Below are positions 1 through 8,508 of a stretch of DNA of 32,000 nucleotides, piece by piece. The notes beneath the pieces are model-generated. The model saw nothing but the letters and a program-made list of their open reading frames with translations, did no database searches and was not told the origin of the DNA. The translations under genes were made by a program, and so were the position numbers. This stretch comes from Pseudodesulfovibrio mercurii. Its GTDB lineage: Bacteria; Desulfobacterota; Desulfovibrionia; Desulfovibrionales; Desulfovibrionaceae. The stretch spans positions 3,810,001 to 3,842,000 of the forward strand of contig NC_016803.1 of the NCBI RefSeq assembly GCF_000189295.2. The letters are read 5' to 3'. Within the stretch, counting starts at the first letter, position 1; the number at the start of each line of letters is the position of its first letter.

Positions 1-142
1 CATCAAACGGTTGATGGACATCGGCTGCTACCGCGGCCTGCGCCATCGCCGCGGCCTGCCCGTTCGCGGTCAGAAGTCCAAGACCAACGCCCGTACCCGC
101 AAGGGTCCGCGCCGTTCCGTCATGGGCCGCAAGAAGAAATAG
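1..142 (+). CDS. rpsM: 30S ribosomal protein S13, C-terminal fragment (5' end outside window)
   Basis: The frame starting at nt 2 reads [46 protein letters not shown], then TAG at 140-142. This is a typical S13 C-terminus in the canonical position ahead of rpsK-rpsD-rpoA-rplQ. Confidence 0.9.
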   Translation, partial: IKRLMDIGCYRGLRHRRGLPVRGQKSKTNARTRKGPRRSVMGRKKK

Positions 143-221
143 CTCGTCATGCGACTTTCGCCGGTGCGCCCGTGAGCGCGCGGGCGTTGTATAAGACTTT
201 TATTCAACGGAGATTAAGGCA

Positions 222-608
222 ATGGCTAAACCCCGTCGCTCTGGGAAGAAAAAAGAAAAGAAGAATATTCCCGTCGGTATTGCCCACGTCAAGGCCACGT
301 TCAACAACACGATCGTGACCTTCACCGACGTCAAGGGCAATGTCGTCAGCTGGGCCTCCGCCGGTGCTCACTTCAAGGGTTCCCGGAAGTCCACTCCTTT
401 CGCGGCACAGATGGCCGCCGAAGCCGCCGCCAAGCGCGCGCAGGATTCCGGCATGCGTACCGTCGGCATCTACGTCAAGGGCCCCGGCTCCGGACGTGAG
501 GCCGCCATGCGCGCCATCAACAATGTCGGCTTCAAAGTCACTTTCATCCGGGACATCACCCCGATCCCGCACAATGGTTGCCGGCCGCCCAAACGCCGCA
601 GGGTCTAA
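222..608 (+). CDS. rpsK: 30S ribosomal protein S11
   Basis: 128 aa with [18 protein letters not shown]...[13 protein letters not shown]...[13 protein letters not shown], typical of S11. Purine-rich SD upstream. Alpha-operon synteny. Confidence 0.97.
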   Translation: MAKPRRSGKKKEKKNIPVGIAHVKATFNNTIVTFTDVKGNVVSWASAGAHFKGSRKSTPFAAQMAAEAAAKRAQDSGMRTVGIYVKGPGSGREAAMRAINNVGFKVTFIRDITPIPHNGCRPPKRRRV

Positions 609-623
609 TTAAGGAGAATTATC

Positions 624-1250
624 GTGGCAAGATATACCGAAGCAAAATGCAAGCTGTGCCGCCGCGAGGGAGAGAAGCTCTTCCTCAAGGGTGATCGCTG
701 CTACACCGACAAGTGCGCCTACGAAAAGCGCCCCTATCCTCCGGGACAGGCCGGCCGCCTTCGCCACAAGATGTCCGACTACGCCGTCCAGCTGCGCGAG
801 AAGCAGAAGGTCCGCCGCATGTACGGCATTCTTGAAGGCCAGTTCCGCACCTACTACAAGCGCGCTGAAGGCATGAAGGGCGTGGCGGGTCACAACCTGC
901 TGTTCCTGCTGGAGCGTCGACTCGACAACGTGATCTACCGTCTCGGCTTCGCCAACTCCCGCGACCAGGCTCGTCAGTTGGTCCTCCACGGCATCTTCAA
1001 GCTCAACGGCCGCCGCGTGTCCATCCCGTCCATGCAGGTCAAGGCCGAGGACGTGATCGAGGTCCGCGAGGAAGCCCGCAAGATCCCCGTGATCAACGAG
1101 GCCCAGGAAGTCATCGCCCGCCGCGGCTGCCCCGAGTGGCTGGAATCCGACGGCGCCAACTTCAAGGGCACGGTTAAGGCCATGCCGAGCCGGGAAGACA
1201 TCCAGTTCCCGATCAACGAGCAGCTGATTGTCGAATTGTACTCCAAGTAA
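624..1250 (+). CDS. rpsD: 30S ribosomal protein S4
   Basis: 208 aa starting [26 protein letters not shown] and ending [11 protein letters not shown] start at 624 lies 7 nt after AAGGAG (611-616). Confidence 0.97.
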   Translation: MARYTEAKCKLCRREGEKLFLKGDRCYTDKCAYEKRPYPPGQAGRLRHKMSDYAVQLREKQKVRRMYGILEGQFRTYYKRAEGMKGVAGHNLLFLLERRLDNVIYRLGFANSRDQARQLVLHGIFKLNGRRVSIPSMQVKAEDVIEVREEARKIPVINEAQEVIARRGCPEWLESDGANFKGTVKAMPSREDIQFPINEQLIVELYSK

Positions 1251-1262
1251 ATAGGGGACTAC

Positions 1263-2303
1263 ATGCTTATTGAGAACGGCGACAAACTCATCAACACCCG
1301 TAACTGGAGCCAACTGGTCAAGCCCGAGGCCCTCGTGCGCGACTCCAAGTCCTCCAAGACGTACGGTAAATTCATCTGCGAACCTCTGGAGCGCGGCTAC
1401 GCCACCACCATCGGCAACGCCATGCGCCGGGTTCTTCTCTCCTCCATGCAGGGGTGTGCCATCGTGTCCGCCTCCATCGAGGGAGTGCAGCATGAGTTCA
1501 CCACGTTGCCGGGGGTGCTTGAGGATATGACCGAGGTAGTGCTGAACCTGAAGCAGGTTCGCATCGCCATGACCACGGACGAGCCCCAGCGCTTGGTCCT
1601 CGAAGCCAACAAGAAGGGGCAGGTCACGGCCGGCATGATCCAGGAAAACCAGAATGTGACCATTCTGAACAAGGATCAGCTCATCGCCACCCTGACCGAA
1701 AATCGCCCCCTGAAGATGGAATTGGAAGTCCGCATGGGCAAGGGTTACGTTCCGGCCGACATGCATGAAGGGCTGACCGACGAAATCGGCTCCATGGTCC
1801 TCGACGCCAGCTACTCCCCCGTCAAGAAGGTCGCGTATTCCGTCGAACAGGCGCGCGTCGGCCAGATGACGAACTACGACAAGCTCATCCTGGAAGTGTG
1901 GACCGACGGTTCCGTCACTCCCGAGGATGCCTGTGCATACAGCGCCAAGATTCTCAAGGACCAGCTTTCGGTGTTCATCAACTTCGATGAATCCTCCTCC
2001 GAGACGCACGAGGAAGAGGACAACTCCATCGATCTGAACCCGAACCTCTTCAAGTCCATTGACGAGCTCGAACTCTCGGTTCGCGCCACCAACTGCTTGA
2101 AGGCCGCCAACATCCAGCTGGTGGGCGAACTGGTCCAGCGTACCGAACAGACCATGCTCAAGACCAAGAACTTCGGACGCAAGTCCCTGGACGAAATCCG
2201 TCGGGTTCTGGACGGCATGGCACTCAAGTTCGGCATGTCCGTCGAGGATTTTGACAAGAAATACCAGGAATGGTTGAAGAGGAAAGAGAAAAATGAGGCA
2301 TAG
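1263..2303 (+). CDS. rpoA: DNA-directed RNA polymerase subunit alpha
   Basis: 346 aa. N-terminal domain motif [18 protein letters not shown]-terminal domain motif [21 protein letters not shown]. Synteny. Confidence 0.97.
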   Translation: MLIENGDKLINTRNWSQLVKPEALVRDSKSSKTYGKFICEPLERGYATTIGNAMRRVLLSSMQGCAIVSASIEGVQHEFTTLPGVLEDMTEVVLNLKQVRIAMTTDEPQRLVLEANKKGQVTAGMIQENQNVTILNKDQLIATLTENRPLKMELEVRMGKGYVPADMHEGLTDEIGSMVLDASYSPVKKVAYSVEQARVGQMTNYDKLILEVWTDGSVTPEDACAYSAKILKDQLSVFINFDESSSETHEEEDNSIDLNPNLFKSIDELELSVRATNCLKAANIQLVGELVQRTEQTMLKTKNFGRKSLDEIRRVLDGMALKFGMSVEDFDKKYQEWLKRKEKNEA

Positions 2304-2808
2304 AAAGTCCGGCCGCAAACTGAATCGGTCCAATACGCACCGTGCGGCCATGTTCAAGAACATGGCTCGCGCCCTCCTGACCTACGAGCAGATCCGCACC
2401 ACCGAAGCCAAGGCCAAGGAACTTCGTCGCATCGTTGACAAGCTCCTGACCATGGCTCTGCGCAACGACCTGCATTCCCGCCGTCAGGCGTACAAGGTCC
2501 TCGGCAGCCACCAGATGGTTCAGCGTCTCTTCGACGAGATCGGTCCCCGCTTCGAGAGCGGCGTCGGCGGATACACCCGCATCGTCAAGCTCTCCCAGCC
2601 CCGCAAGGGCGACTGCGCCCCCATGGTCATCATCGAGCTGACCAAGAAGGGCGCCGAGGCCACCGCCGAAGCCCCGGCCAAGGAGGAAGCCAAGCCGGCT
2701 CCCGCCAAGAAGGCCGAGAAGAAGGAAGCGCCCAAGGCCGCTCCCGAGAAAGCCGAAGAACCGGTCGAGGAAACTCCCGAGGCCGAGGAAAAGGCTGACA
2801 AGGAATAA
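2293..2808 (+). CDS. rplQ: 50S ribosomal protein L17 with Ala/Lys/Pro/Glu-rich C-terminal tail
   Basis: Starts [25 protein letters not shown] (canonical L17 N-terminus). Overlaps the rpoA 3' end by 11 nt. Canonical core ends near VIIELTKK, followed by a ~53-aa low-complexity tail. Confidence 0.95.
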   Translation: MRHRKSGRKLNRSNTHRAAMFKNMARALLTYEQIRTTEAKAKELRRIVDKLLTMALRNDLHSRRQAYKVLGSHQMVQRLFDEIGPRFESGVGGYTRIVKLSQPRKGDCAPMVIIELTKKGAEATAEAPAKEEAKPAPAKKAEKKEAPKAAPEKAEEPVEETPEAEEKADKE

Positions 2809-2815
2809 TGAAAGA

Positions 2816-2842
2816 GGGCAGGCTCCGGCCTGCCCTTTTTTT
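2816..2842 (+). terminator. Rho-independent terminator of the alpha operon
   Basis: Perfect 8-bp stem GGGCAGGC (2816-2823) / GCCTGCCC (2828-2835), loop TCCG, then T7 (2836-2842), 8 nt after the rplQ stop. Confidence 0.85.
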
Positions 2843-2852
2843 GTCTTAAATT

Positions 2853-2867
2853 ATAGATTACGTCTAT
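2853..2867. promoter_or_regulatory. LTTR-box-like dyad ATAGA-N5-TCTAT (contains T-N11-A) upstream of the LysR gene
   Basis: ATAGATTACGTCTAT lies 17 nt upstream of the ATG at 2884 in an AT-rich 41-bp gap between the terminator and the gene. Confidence 0.3.
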
Positions 2868-2883
2868 TTACAGGATTGATTTT

Positions 2884-3768
2884 ATGGACATCAGAAAGCT
2901 TGAGGCCTTTTGCAAGGTATACGAACTGCAAAGTTTTTCCAAGGCCGGGGAGGCCATGTTCCTGTCCCAGCCGACCATCAGTTCGCACGTGGCCAACTTG
3001 GAGGACGAGTTGGGCGTCAAGCTGTTCGACCGGTTGGGGCGGAAGATCATGCCCACCCAGGCCGGTGATGTCCTCTACGAGAGCATGGTGACCATCTTCC
3101 GCAACCTGGACCGGGCCAAGGCGGCCATCGAGGTCCTGCGCGACCGGGTGGTCGGCGAGTTGCAGGTGGGGTGCAGCACCATCCCGTCGCACAGTCTTCT
3201 GCCGGAACTGCTCAAGTCCTTTTCCGCCAAGTATCCCGAGGTCTCCTTCGTGGTCCACACCGGCGACTCGTCCGAGGTCATCCGCAGGGTGGCCTGCGGC
3301 GACTGGCCCGTGGGCATTGTGGGCAAGCGGCCCGAGGAAGAGGAACTGGTGGCCAAGCTCCTGGCCAGGGACGAGACCATCCTGGTGGCCTCTCCGCACG
3401 CTCCCTGGCTGCCCGAGGGCGACAACCTGCCCATGGAGCGGTTGGTGGAGTTGCCGTGGATCATGCGCGTCAAGGGCTCGGCCACGCGGCTGGTCCTGGA
3501 GAACGCCTTGAACAAGGCGGGCTATTCCCTGCAGAACCTGAATGTGCGCATCAAGGTGGAGGGCACCTGCGAGAGCCTGGCCCACGCGGTGCACGGGGTG
3601 GGGATGTGCTTCACCTCGAAACTGGCCGCCCAGTCCCTGCTGGACAGCGGCGAGGTGGTCCGGATCAAGGCCCCTGCCCTGGAGGGACGGCGCGAGTTCT
3701 ACCTGATCCACCACGGCGGCCGGTACATGTTCCCGGCCCTCAAGGCCTTCGTGGAATTCCACGGCTAG
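2884..3768 (+). CDS. LysR-family transcriptional regulator
   Basis: 294 aa. N-terminal wHTH MDIRKLEAFCKVYELQSFSKAGEAMFLSQPTISSHVANLEDELGVKLFDR. Length and C-terminal substrate-binding-like region fit an LTTR. Confidence 0.85.
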   Translation: MDIRKLEAFCKVYELQSFSKAGEAMFLSQPTISSHVANLEDELGVKLFDRLGRKIMPTQAGDVLYESMVTIFRNLDRAKAAIEVLRDRVVGELQVGCSTIPSHSLLPELLKSFSAKYPEVSFVVHTGDSSEVIRRVACGDWPVGIVGKRPEEEELVAKLLARDETILVASPHAPWLPEGDNLPMERLVELPWIMRVKGSATRLVLENALNKAGYSLQNLNVRIKVEGTCESLAHAVHGVGMCFTSKLAAQSLLDSGEVVRIKAPALEGRREFYLIHHGGRYMFPALKAFVEFHG

Positions 3769-4595
3769 GCGGAGGGCAGGAAGACCAGCTCCGGGACGCG
3801 TTCGATGATCCCGGTCTCCACCAGGCTTTCGTAGAAGGCCCGCATGCCCCGTTGCTCCTCGGGCCCGAGGTCGTAGACCAGGCCGTCGAAGTAGGAGCAC
3901 ATCTCCTCATCGTTCAGGCAGCTCTCCTCGGCGGCCATGACGCAGACGTCGGCGATGTTCTCCTCGCCCCAGTGCTTGCCCGCCAGGAGCAGATTCGCGG
4001 CCTGTTCCACCTTTTCCCTGTCCCGGTTCCAGCTTTCGCGGCTGACGATCCAGACGCCGAAGATGAACGGCAGGCCGGTCAGCTCGCGCCAGGCCTCGCC
4101 CAGGTCGATGCGGTAGGGATAGTCGGGGTGATAGCGCAGGTTCAGGGCCTCGTCGCCGATGCACAGGATGGCCTGGGGACGTTCCCCGGTGCCGAGGACG
4201 TCGGTGGCGCTGCCGGTGGTGAACACGGTCCGTATCTTCCACAATTTGGCCTGGAGCACGCGGAGCAGGGCGGCGGAGGTGTGGGTCTGGGCGCTGACCA
4301 GGATGGTCCTGCGGTCCAGTTCCTCCACCGGGCGGCGGCTCAGGAGCAGCACCGACTGCACCGGTCCCCGGCTGCCGATGGCGATGTCCGGGATGAGGTA
4401 GTACTTGTCCGCGTGGCGCGCGTATTCCACGCTGGACGCGGCGGACACGTCGAGGAGCCCGGCGTCCATGAGCCGGTTCAACTCGGCGGGCGGGCCCGAA
4501 GTGACCTCGCAGTCCATGGGCAGGATGCCGGTCTCCAGGGGATGGTAGATGGGCAGGACGTTGAGATAGCCGATCTTGCCGAGACGCACGCTCAT
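3765..4595 (-). CDS. mqnA: Chorismate dehydratase (futalosine pathway MqnA)
   Basis: 276 aa from the internal ATG (cat 4593-4595): MSVRLGKIGYLNVLPIYHPLE..., an MqnA/VitK2_biosynth-type N-terminus. TAATG overlap with the upstream radical-SAM gene. The 443-aa track ORF is an upstream extension running through that neighbour. Confidence 0.8.
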   Translation of the reverse strand: MSVRLGKIGYLNVLPIYHPLETGILPMDCEVTSGPPAELNRLMDAGLLDVSAASSVEYARHADKYYLIPDIAIGSRGPVQSVLLLSRRPVEELDRRTILVSAQTHTSAALLRVLQAKLWKIRTVFTTGSATDVLGTGERPQAILCIGDEALNLRYHPDYPYRIDLGEAWRELTGLPFIFGVWIVSRESWNRDREKVEQAANLLLAGKHWGEENIADVCVMAAEESCLNDEEMCSYFDGLVYDLGPEEQRGMRAFYESLVETGIIERVPELVFLPSA

Positions 4596-5665
4596 TATTC
4601 GGCCTCCAGAAGGGTATAGTCCATGGTCCGCTGCCGGGGGACGAACCCCGCGCCCCGGACCAGGCGGTGGATTTCCTCGCGGGACAGGCTGAAGGACACG
4701 CCCGCGGCCTTGACCACGTTCTCCTCGATCATGGTCGAGCCGAAGTCGTTGCCGCCGAAATACAGGGCCAGCTGGGCGATCTTGGGCCCCATGGTCACCC
4801 AGGAAACCTGGATGTTGTCCACATTGTCCAGGACGATGCGCGAGACGGCCAGGGTACGCAGGTACTCCACGCTGGTCAGCTTGCGGCAGCGAGGCAGGGC
4901 GGTGTGGTCGGGCTGGAAGGTCCAGGGGATGAAGGCCGTGAAGCCGTGGGTGCGGTCCTGGACCTCGCGCACCCGGAAGAGGTGTTCGAGCCGCTGGACC
5001 GGGGTCTCGAGGTGGCCGAACATCATGGTCGCGGTGGTCCGCAGCCCCTGGCGGTGGGCCTCCTCCATGACGCCGAGCCACTGGTCGGACGGACACTTGT
5101 TGGGAGCCACCCGGGAGCGGACCTCGTCCACCAGGATCTCGGCCCCGCCGCCGGGGATGGAGTCCAGCCCGGCCGCACGTAGCCGCCGGATGACCTCGGC
5201 CACGGAGAGACCTTCCCTGTTGGCCCAGAAGACCACCTCGGGCGGGGAAAAGGCGTGGATGTGCACGGGGTGCTCGGCCTTGATGAAGCGGAGCATGTCC
5301 TCGTACCAGGTCAGGGGCAGGTCCGGGTGGTGCCCGCCCTGCATGAGGATCTGGGTGCCGCCCAGGGCGATGGTCTCGTCGATCTTGCGTCCGATCTCTT
5401 CGAAGGAGAGCACGTAGCCGTCCGCTCCGCCGGGCTCGCGGTAGAACGCGCAGAACTTGCAGCAGCAGACGCAGACGTTGGAATAGTTGATGTTCCGGTC
5501 CACCACGTAGGTGACCACGGGCTCGGGATGCCTGCGCAGCCGCACCTGATGGGCCAACCGCCCCAGGTCGTGAAACTCCGCCTCAGCATACAGCGTCTCG
5601 GCCTCGTCGAACCCGATCCGCCCGCCGTCCAGAACCTTCCCATATATTTTTTCAAGCTCGCTCAT
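4595..5665 (-). CDS. mqnC: Radical SAM enzyme of the MqnC/MqnE family, most likely cyclic dehypoxanthinyl futalosine synthase (MqnC)
   Basis: 356 aa from the ATG at 5665 (SD AGGAGA 7 nt upstream). CxxxCxxC in NVCVCCCKFCAF. Motifs QGGHHPDLP, TATMMFGHLET and FTAFIPWTFQ fit my recollection of MqnC rather than MqnE. The paralog assignment was not verified by search. Confidence 0.65.
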   Translation of the reverse strand: MSELEKIYGKVLDGGRIGFDEAETLYAEAEFHDLGRLAHQVRLRRHPEPVVTYVVDRNINYSNVCVCCCKFCAFYREPGGADGYVLSFEEIGRKIDETIALGGTQILMQGGHHPDLPLTWYEDMLRFIKAEHPVHIHAFSPPEVVFWANREGLSVAEVIRRLRAAGLDSIPGGGAEILVDEVRSRVAPNKCPSDQWLGVMEEAHRQGLRTTATMMFGHLETPVQRLEHLFRVREVQDRTHGFTAFIPWTFQPDHTALPRCRKLTSVEYLRTLAVSRIVLDNVDNIQVSWVTMGPKIAQLALYFGGNDFGSTMIEENVVKAAGVSFSLSREEIHRLVRGAGFVPRQRTMDYTLLEAE

Positions 5666-5700
5666 ACTGTTCTCTCCTGAACCTCCCGCCCGAACTTCAC

Positions 5701-5810
5701 CCCGCGAAGCGGCGCCAAAGAGTTTGGGAAAAGGTGGGGATGGGGGTCCGGGGGAAGGGGAGGAAAGAACCCTTTTCAAAGGTTTTTCCCTTCCCCCGGC
5801 CGCCGGAGGC
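5701..5810 (+). repeat. Structured dispersed repeat, copy A (forward orientation)
   Basis: CCCGCGAAGCGG..AAAGAGTTTGGGA..GGGGATGGGGGTCCGGGGGAAGGGG..imperfect hairpin..CCCCCGGCCGCCGGAGGC. Aligns over its length with copies at 10147-10263 and 30194-30308 and with the reverse complement of 9947-10075, 18277-18447 and 30026-30115. Confidence 0.9.
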
Positions 5811-5811
5811 A

Positions 5812-6906
5812 TTACACCTCGTTGAAAAAGCCGTCGCGTTCGACGGGGGTGCAGCCGCAGCCCCGGATCATGTTGGTCAGTTCGGACCGGGACAGCCCCT
5901 GTTCCGAGGTGGCCCCGGCCTCGTGGCCGATCTTTTCCTCGACCACCGTGCCGTCGAAGTCGTCGGCCCCGAACTTGAGGGCGGCCTGGGCCTGTTTGAC
6001 CCCGAGCATGACCCAGTAGGCCTTGATGTGCGGGATGTTGTCGAGGAGCAGCCGGGATACAGCGATGGTCTTGAGCTCCTCCAGGCCGGTCAACGGGTTG
6101 TCGATCCTGAGTTTGCTGTTCTCGGTCAGGAAGGGCAGGGGGATGAAACAGGTGTACCCGTGCGCCCGGTCCTGGGATTCGCGCAGGCGGATGAGGTGGT
6201 CCACGCGGTCCTCGACGGCCTCGATGTGCCCGAAGAGCATGGTCGCGTTGGTCCTGATGCCCAACCCGTGGGCTTCCTCGTGGATGGCCAGCCACTCGTC
6301 GGCCGTGGCCTTGCGCGGGCAGAGTTGTTCGCGCACCGAAGGGGCGAATATCTCGGCCCCGCCGCCGGCCAGCATGCCCAGCCCGGCCGTTTGCAGGCGG
6401 ACCAGGACCTCGCGGGTCGGGACGCCTTCCAGGCGGGCGAAGTGGGCGATCTCCACGGCGGTGAAACACTTGAGGACCGCGTCCGGGTAGCGGTCGCGCA
6501 CGGCGGCGAGGATGTCCTCGAAATAGGCCAGGCCGAGCTTCGGGTGGCAGCCGCCGACGATGTGCACCTCGCGCGGCGGGAGCGGGGCGGCGGCGAGCTT
6601 GGCCAGGACGTCGTCGCGGGTCAGGACGAAGCCGCCGGACTGGCCTTCCTCGCGCTGGTAGGCGCAGAACACGCAGCCGTTGACGCAGACGTTGGTGTAG
6701 TTGACGTGGCGGTTGACCACGTAGAAGGCCTTGTCGCCGTGCAGCCGGGTGCGCACGCGATGGGCCAGCGCGCCCACGGCCAGGGGCTCGGGGCAGCGGA
6801 ACAGGCGCACGCCGTCGTCGAAGGACAGGCGCTCGCCCGCCTCGACCTTGTCGCGCACGTCGGCCAGGCCCATGTTGTCGAAATAGTCGCTTTTGAACAG
6901 GTTCAT
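5812..6906 (-). CDS. mqnE: Radical SAM enzyme of the MqnC/MqnE family, most likely aminodeoxyfutalosine synthase (MqnE)
   Basis: 364 aa from the ATG at 6906 (AGGAG 7 nt upstream, inside the tetR 3' end). CVNGCVFC radical-SAM motif. FIPLPF, HIKAYWVMLG and VVEEKIGHEAG resemble MqnE-type sequences as I recall them. Not verified by search. Confidence 0.65.
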   Translation of the reverse strand: MNLFKSDYFDNMGLADVRDKVEAGERLSFDDGVRLFRCPEPLAVGALAHRVRTRLHGDKAFYVVNRHVNYTNVCVNGCVFCAYQREEGQSGGFVLTRDDVLAKLAAAPLPPREVHIVGGCHPKLGLAYFEDILAAVRDRYPDAVLKCFTAVEIAHFARLEGVPTREVLVRLQTAGLGMLAGGGAEIFAPSVREQLCPRKATADEWLAIHEEAHGLGIRTNATMLFGHIEAVEDRVDHLIRLRESQDRAHGYTCFIPLPFLTENSKLRIDNPLTGLEELKTIAVSRLLLDNIPHIKAYWVMLGVKQAQAALKFGADDFDGTVVEEKIGHEAGATSEQGLSRSELTNMIRGCGCTPVERDGFFNEV

Positions 6907-6910
6907 GCGG

Positions 6911-7549
6911 TTACTCCTGTGAAGGGATGTCGGCCAGGCCGTGGCGCAGGAAGGCGGCCAGGGCGCGGGCCAGGTCCGGCAGGGAGGCGGCGGGCGCGAG
7001 CCCGTTGTCCAGGGAGGGCACGGCATAGCCCTGGATGAAGCGGTCCATGACCGCGTGCAGGGTGAACACGGCCATGTCCACGTCCAGTGCGGCGGGCAGC
7101 TGGCCCGCCCGGATGCCGTCCTCGATGAGCTGCCGGAGGTACTTGGCGTGCGCGCCCCGGATCTCGCCGAGGAACCGTTCGCGCAGGGGGAAATTCTCGT
7201 TGAAGAGCATCTTCAGATAGATGCGGTACAGGTTGGGGTGGTCGTCCACGAACCGGGTCCCGGCCAGGAAGCTCATCTCCATGCGCTCGAAGAAGTCCAG
7301 GCCCGGCGTGTCGCGGATGACCTTGAGAGGCTTCTTGAACCCGGCCACGGCGCGACTGAAGATGTGCTCGAACAGCCCCTGCTTGTTGCCGAAATACTTG
7401 AACAGCGAACCCTTGGCGATGCCCAGACGGTCCACGATGCGGTTGACCGAGGCCTGGTGGTAGCCGTACTCGGCGAACTCCACGGTGGCCTCGTCCAGGA
7501 CGCGCCGCCGCTTCTCCTCGGGCAGGTTCTCAAAGGTGTTTTTTGTCAA
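6911..7549 (-). CDS. TetR/AcrR-family transcriptional regulator, first gene of the mqn operon
   Basis: HTH region RRRVLDEATVEFAEYGYHQASVNRIVDRLGIAKGSLFKYFGNKQGLF. Preferred start is TTG at 7549 (GGGAG 7 nt upstream). The alternative ATG at 7612 would put the first codons inside the 20-bp palindrome. The stop is 4 nt before the mqnE ATG. Confidence 0.8.
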   Translation of the reverse strand: MTKNTFENLPEEKRRRVLDEATVEFAEYGYHQASVNRIVDRLGIAKGSLFKYFGNKQGLFEHIFSRAVAGFKKPLKVIRDTPGLDFFERMEMSFLAGTRFVDDHPNLYRIYLKMLFNENFPLRERFLGEIRGAHAKYLRQLIEDGIRAGQLPAALDVDMAVFTLHAVMDRFIQGYAVPSLDNGLAPAASLPDLARALAAFLRHGLADIPSQE

Positions 7550-7591
7550 TGCCGGGCTCCCGTACTTGCGCTTTCCGGTCGGTTCCAGTAG

Positions 7592-7611
7592 TGGTGACCA
7601 GGTGGTCACCA
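7592..7611. promoter_or_regulatory. Perfect palindrome TGGTGACCA-GG-TGGTCACCA, candidate TetR operator in the tetR/mqnD divergent region
   Basis: 9-bp perfect inverted arms (7592-7600 and 7603-7611) with a 2-bp spacer. Lies 43 nt upstream of the tetR TTG and 67 nt upstream of the mqnD ATG. Confidence 0.55.
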
Positions 7612-7677
7612 TGAGTACAAGGACGCGGAGATCGTGTCAAGTATGGTGATGAAAATTAGGTAAAACAGAAGGTTGTC

Positions 7678-8505
7678 ATGCAGAAAAAATTGACCATCGG
7701 CCATTCTCCCTGTCCCAACGACACCTTCATCTTTCACGCCCTGACCAGCGGGCTGGTGGACTGGCCGGGCGGGCTGGACCTGACCCTGGCCGACGTGGAG
7801 GAACTGAACGGGCTGGCCGCCGAGGGTGCGCTGGACGTGGTCAAGGTGTCCACGGCCGCCGCCGCCGGGATTCTGGACGAGTACGTGCTGCTGCGCGCGG
7901 GCGGGGCCATGGGCTACGGGGCCGGGCCGGTGCTGGTGGCCCGGCAGGGGCGGACCCTCGACTCTCTGGACGGCGGCACGGTGGCCATTCCGGGCGAGCG
8001 GACCACGGCCAATCTGATCTTCGGGCTGTGCTGCCGGGAGGCCGGGATTGCGGTACGGCGCGCGCCCATGGTCTTCGACCGGGTCATGGACGCGGTGCGG
8101 GCCGGGCGGGCGGACGCGGGCGTGGTCATCCACGAGGGGCGGTTCACCTTTGCCGAGCGCGGCCTGGTCCGGGTGCTCGACCTGGGGGCGTGGTGGGAGG
8201 CGCACACCGGCCTGCCCATCCCGCTGGGGGCCATCGCCATCCGGCGGTCGCTCGGCGATGACACGGCCCGGCGCATGAACGAGGCCATCCGGCGGAGCCT
8301 GCTCTACGCCCGCGCCCATCCCGAGGCCGGGCGGGAGTACATCCGCCAAAACGCGCAGGAACTGAGCGGGGACGTCATCCGCACGCACATCGAGACCTTC
8401 GTCACGGACTACAGCCTGGACGCGGGCGAGGCCGGGGCCGGGGCCGTGGCCAGGCTGCTGGCCGAGGCGGGCTGCCGTCGGCCGGACATCTTCATCGAGC
8501 TGTAG
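7678..8505 (+). CDS. mqnD: 1,4-dihydroxy-6-naphthoate synthase (MqnD)
   Basis: 275 aa. N-terminal LTIGHSPCPNDTFIFHAL motif is characteristic of the MqnD branch of the MqnA/MqnD fold. Clustered with mqnA/C/E. Confidence 0.8.
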   Translation: MQKKLTIGHSPCPNDTFIFHALTSGLVDWPGGLDLTLADVEELNGLAAEGALDVVKVSTAAAAGILDEYVLLRAGGAMGYGAGPVLVARQGRTLDSLDGGTVAIPGERTTANLIFGLCCREAGIAVRRAPMVFDRVMDAVRAGRADAGVVIHEGRFTFAERGLVRVLDLGAWWEAHTGLPIPLGAIAIRRSLGDDTARRMNEAIRRSLLYARAHPEAGREYIRQNAQELSGDVIRTHIETFVTDYSLDAGEAGAGAVARLLAEAGCRRPDIFIEL

Positions 8506-8508
8506 GGG

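Noticed and set aside
142-221. GC-rich hairpin CGCCCG-N8-CGGGCG in the rpsM-rpsK spacer as a regulatory element or attenuator.
   Set aside because: It is a short 6-bp stem with no U-tract and lies inside a highly expressed operon. Known S4 autoregulation targets the rpsM leader, which is outside this window. Evidence is insufficient.
5734-5810. Possible small peptide encoded by the repeats. Five of six copies carry a purine-rich SD-like stretch plus ATG in the same frame, giving M(G/E/R)(V/A)R(G/R)KG...PFSKG.P.P.P.PPEA-like peptides (track ORFs 5734-7038, 10102-10776, 9829-10032, 18218-18406, and within 29290-31527).
   Set aside because: There is no conserved stop codon; the frames run on into unrelated flanking or antisense sequence for 60-430 codons. 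The peptide similarity follows trivially from nucleotide similarity of a palindromic G/C-tract element. The short copy E1 lacks the ATG. It is worth a glance in Ribo-seq data but is not supportable as a CDS.
3765-7026. N-terminal extensions of the track ORFs 3765-5096, 4595-6469 and 5812-7026 (Pro/Arg/Gly-rich leaders of 40-270 aa).
   Set aside because: The extensions run through the upstream gene or through a repeat element. Internal ATGs with good SDs give proteins of normal MqnA/MqnC/MqnE length that begin with family-typical N-termini.
7550-7612. ATG at 7612 as the start of the mqn-linked TetR regulator.
   Set aside because: The first seven codons would be the 20-bp perfect palindrome itself, with no SD upstream. 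A TTG at 7549 preceded by GGGAG gives the usual short TetR N-terminus (MTKNTFENLPEEKRRRVLD). The ATG is kept as an alternative only.
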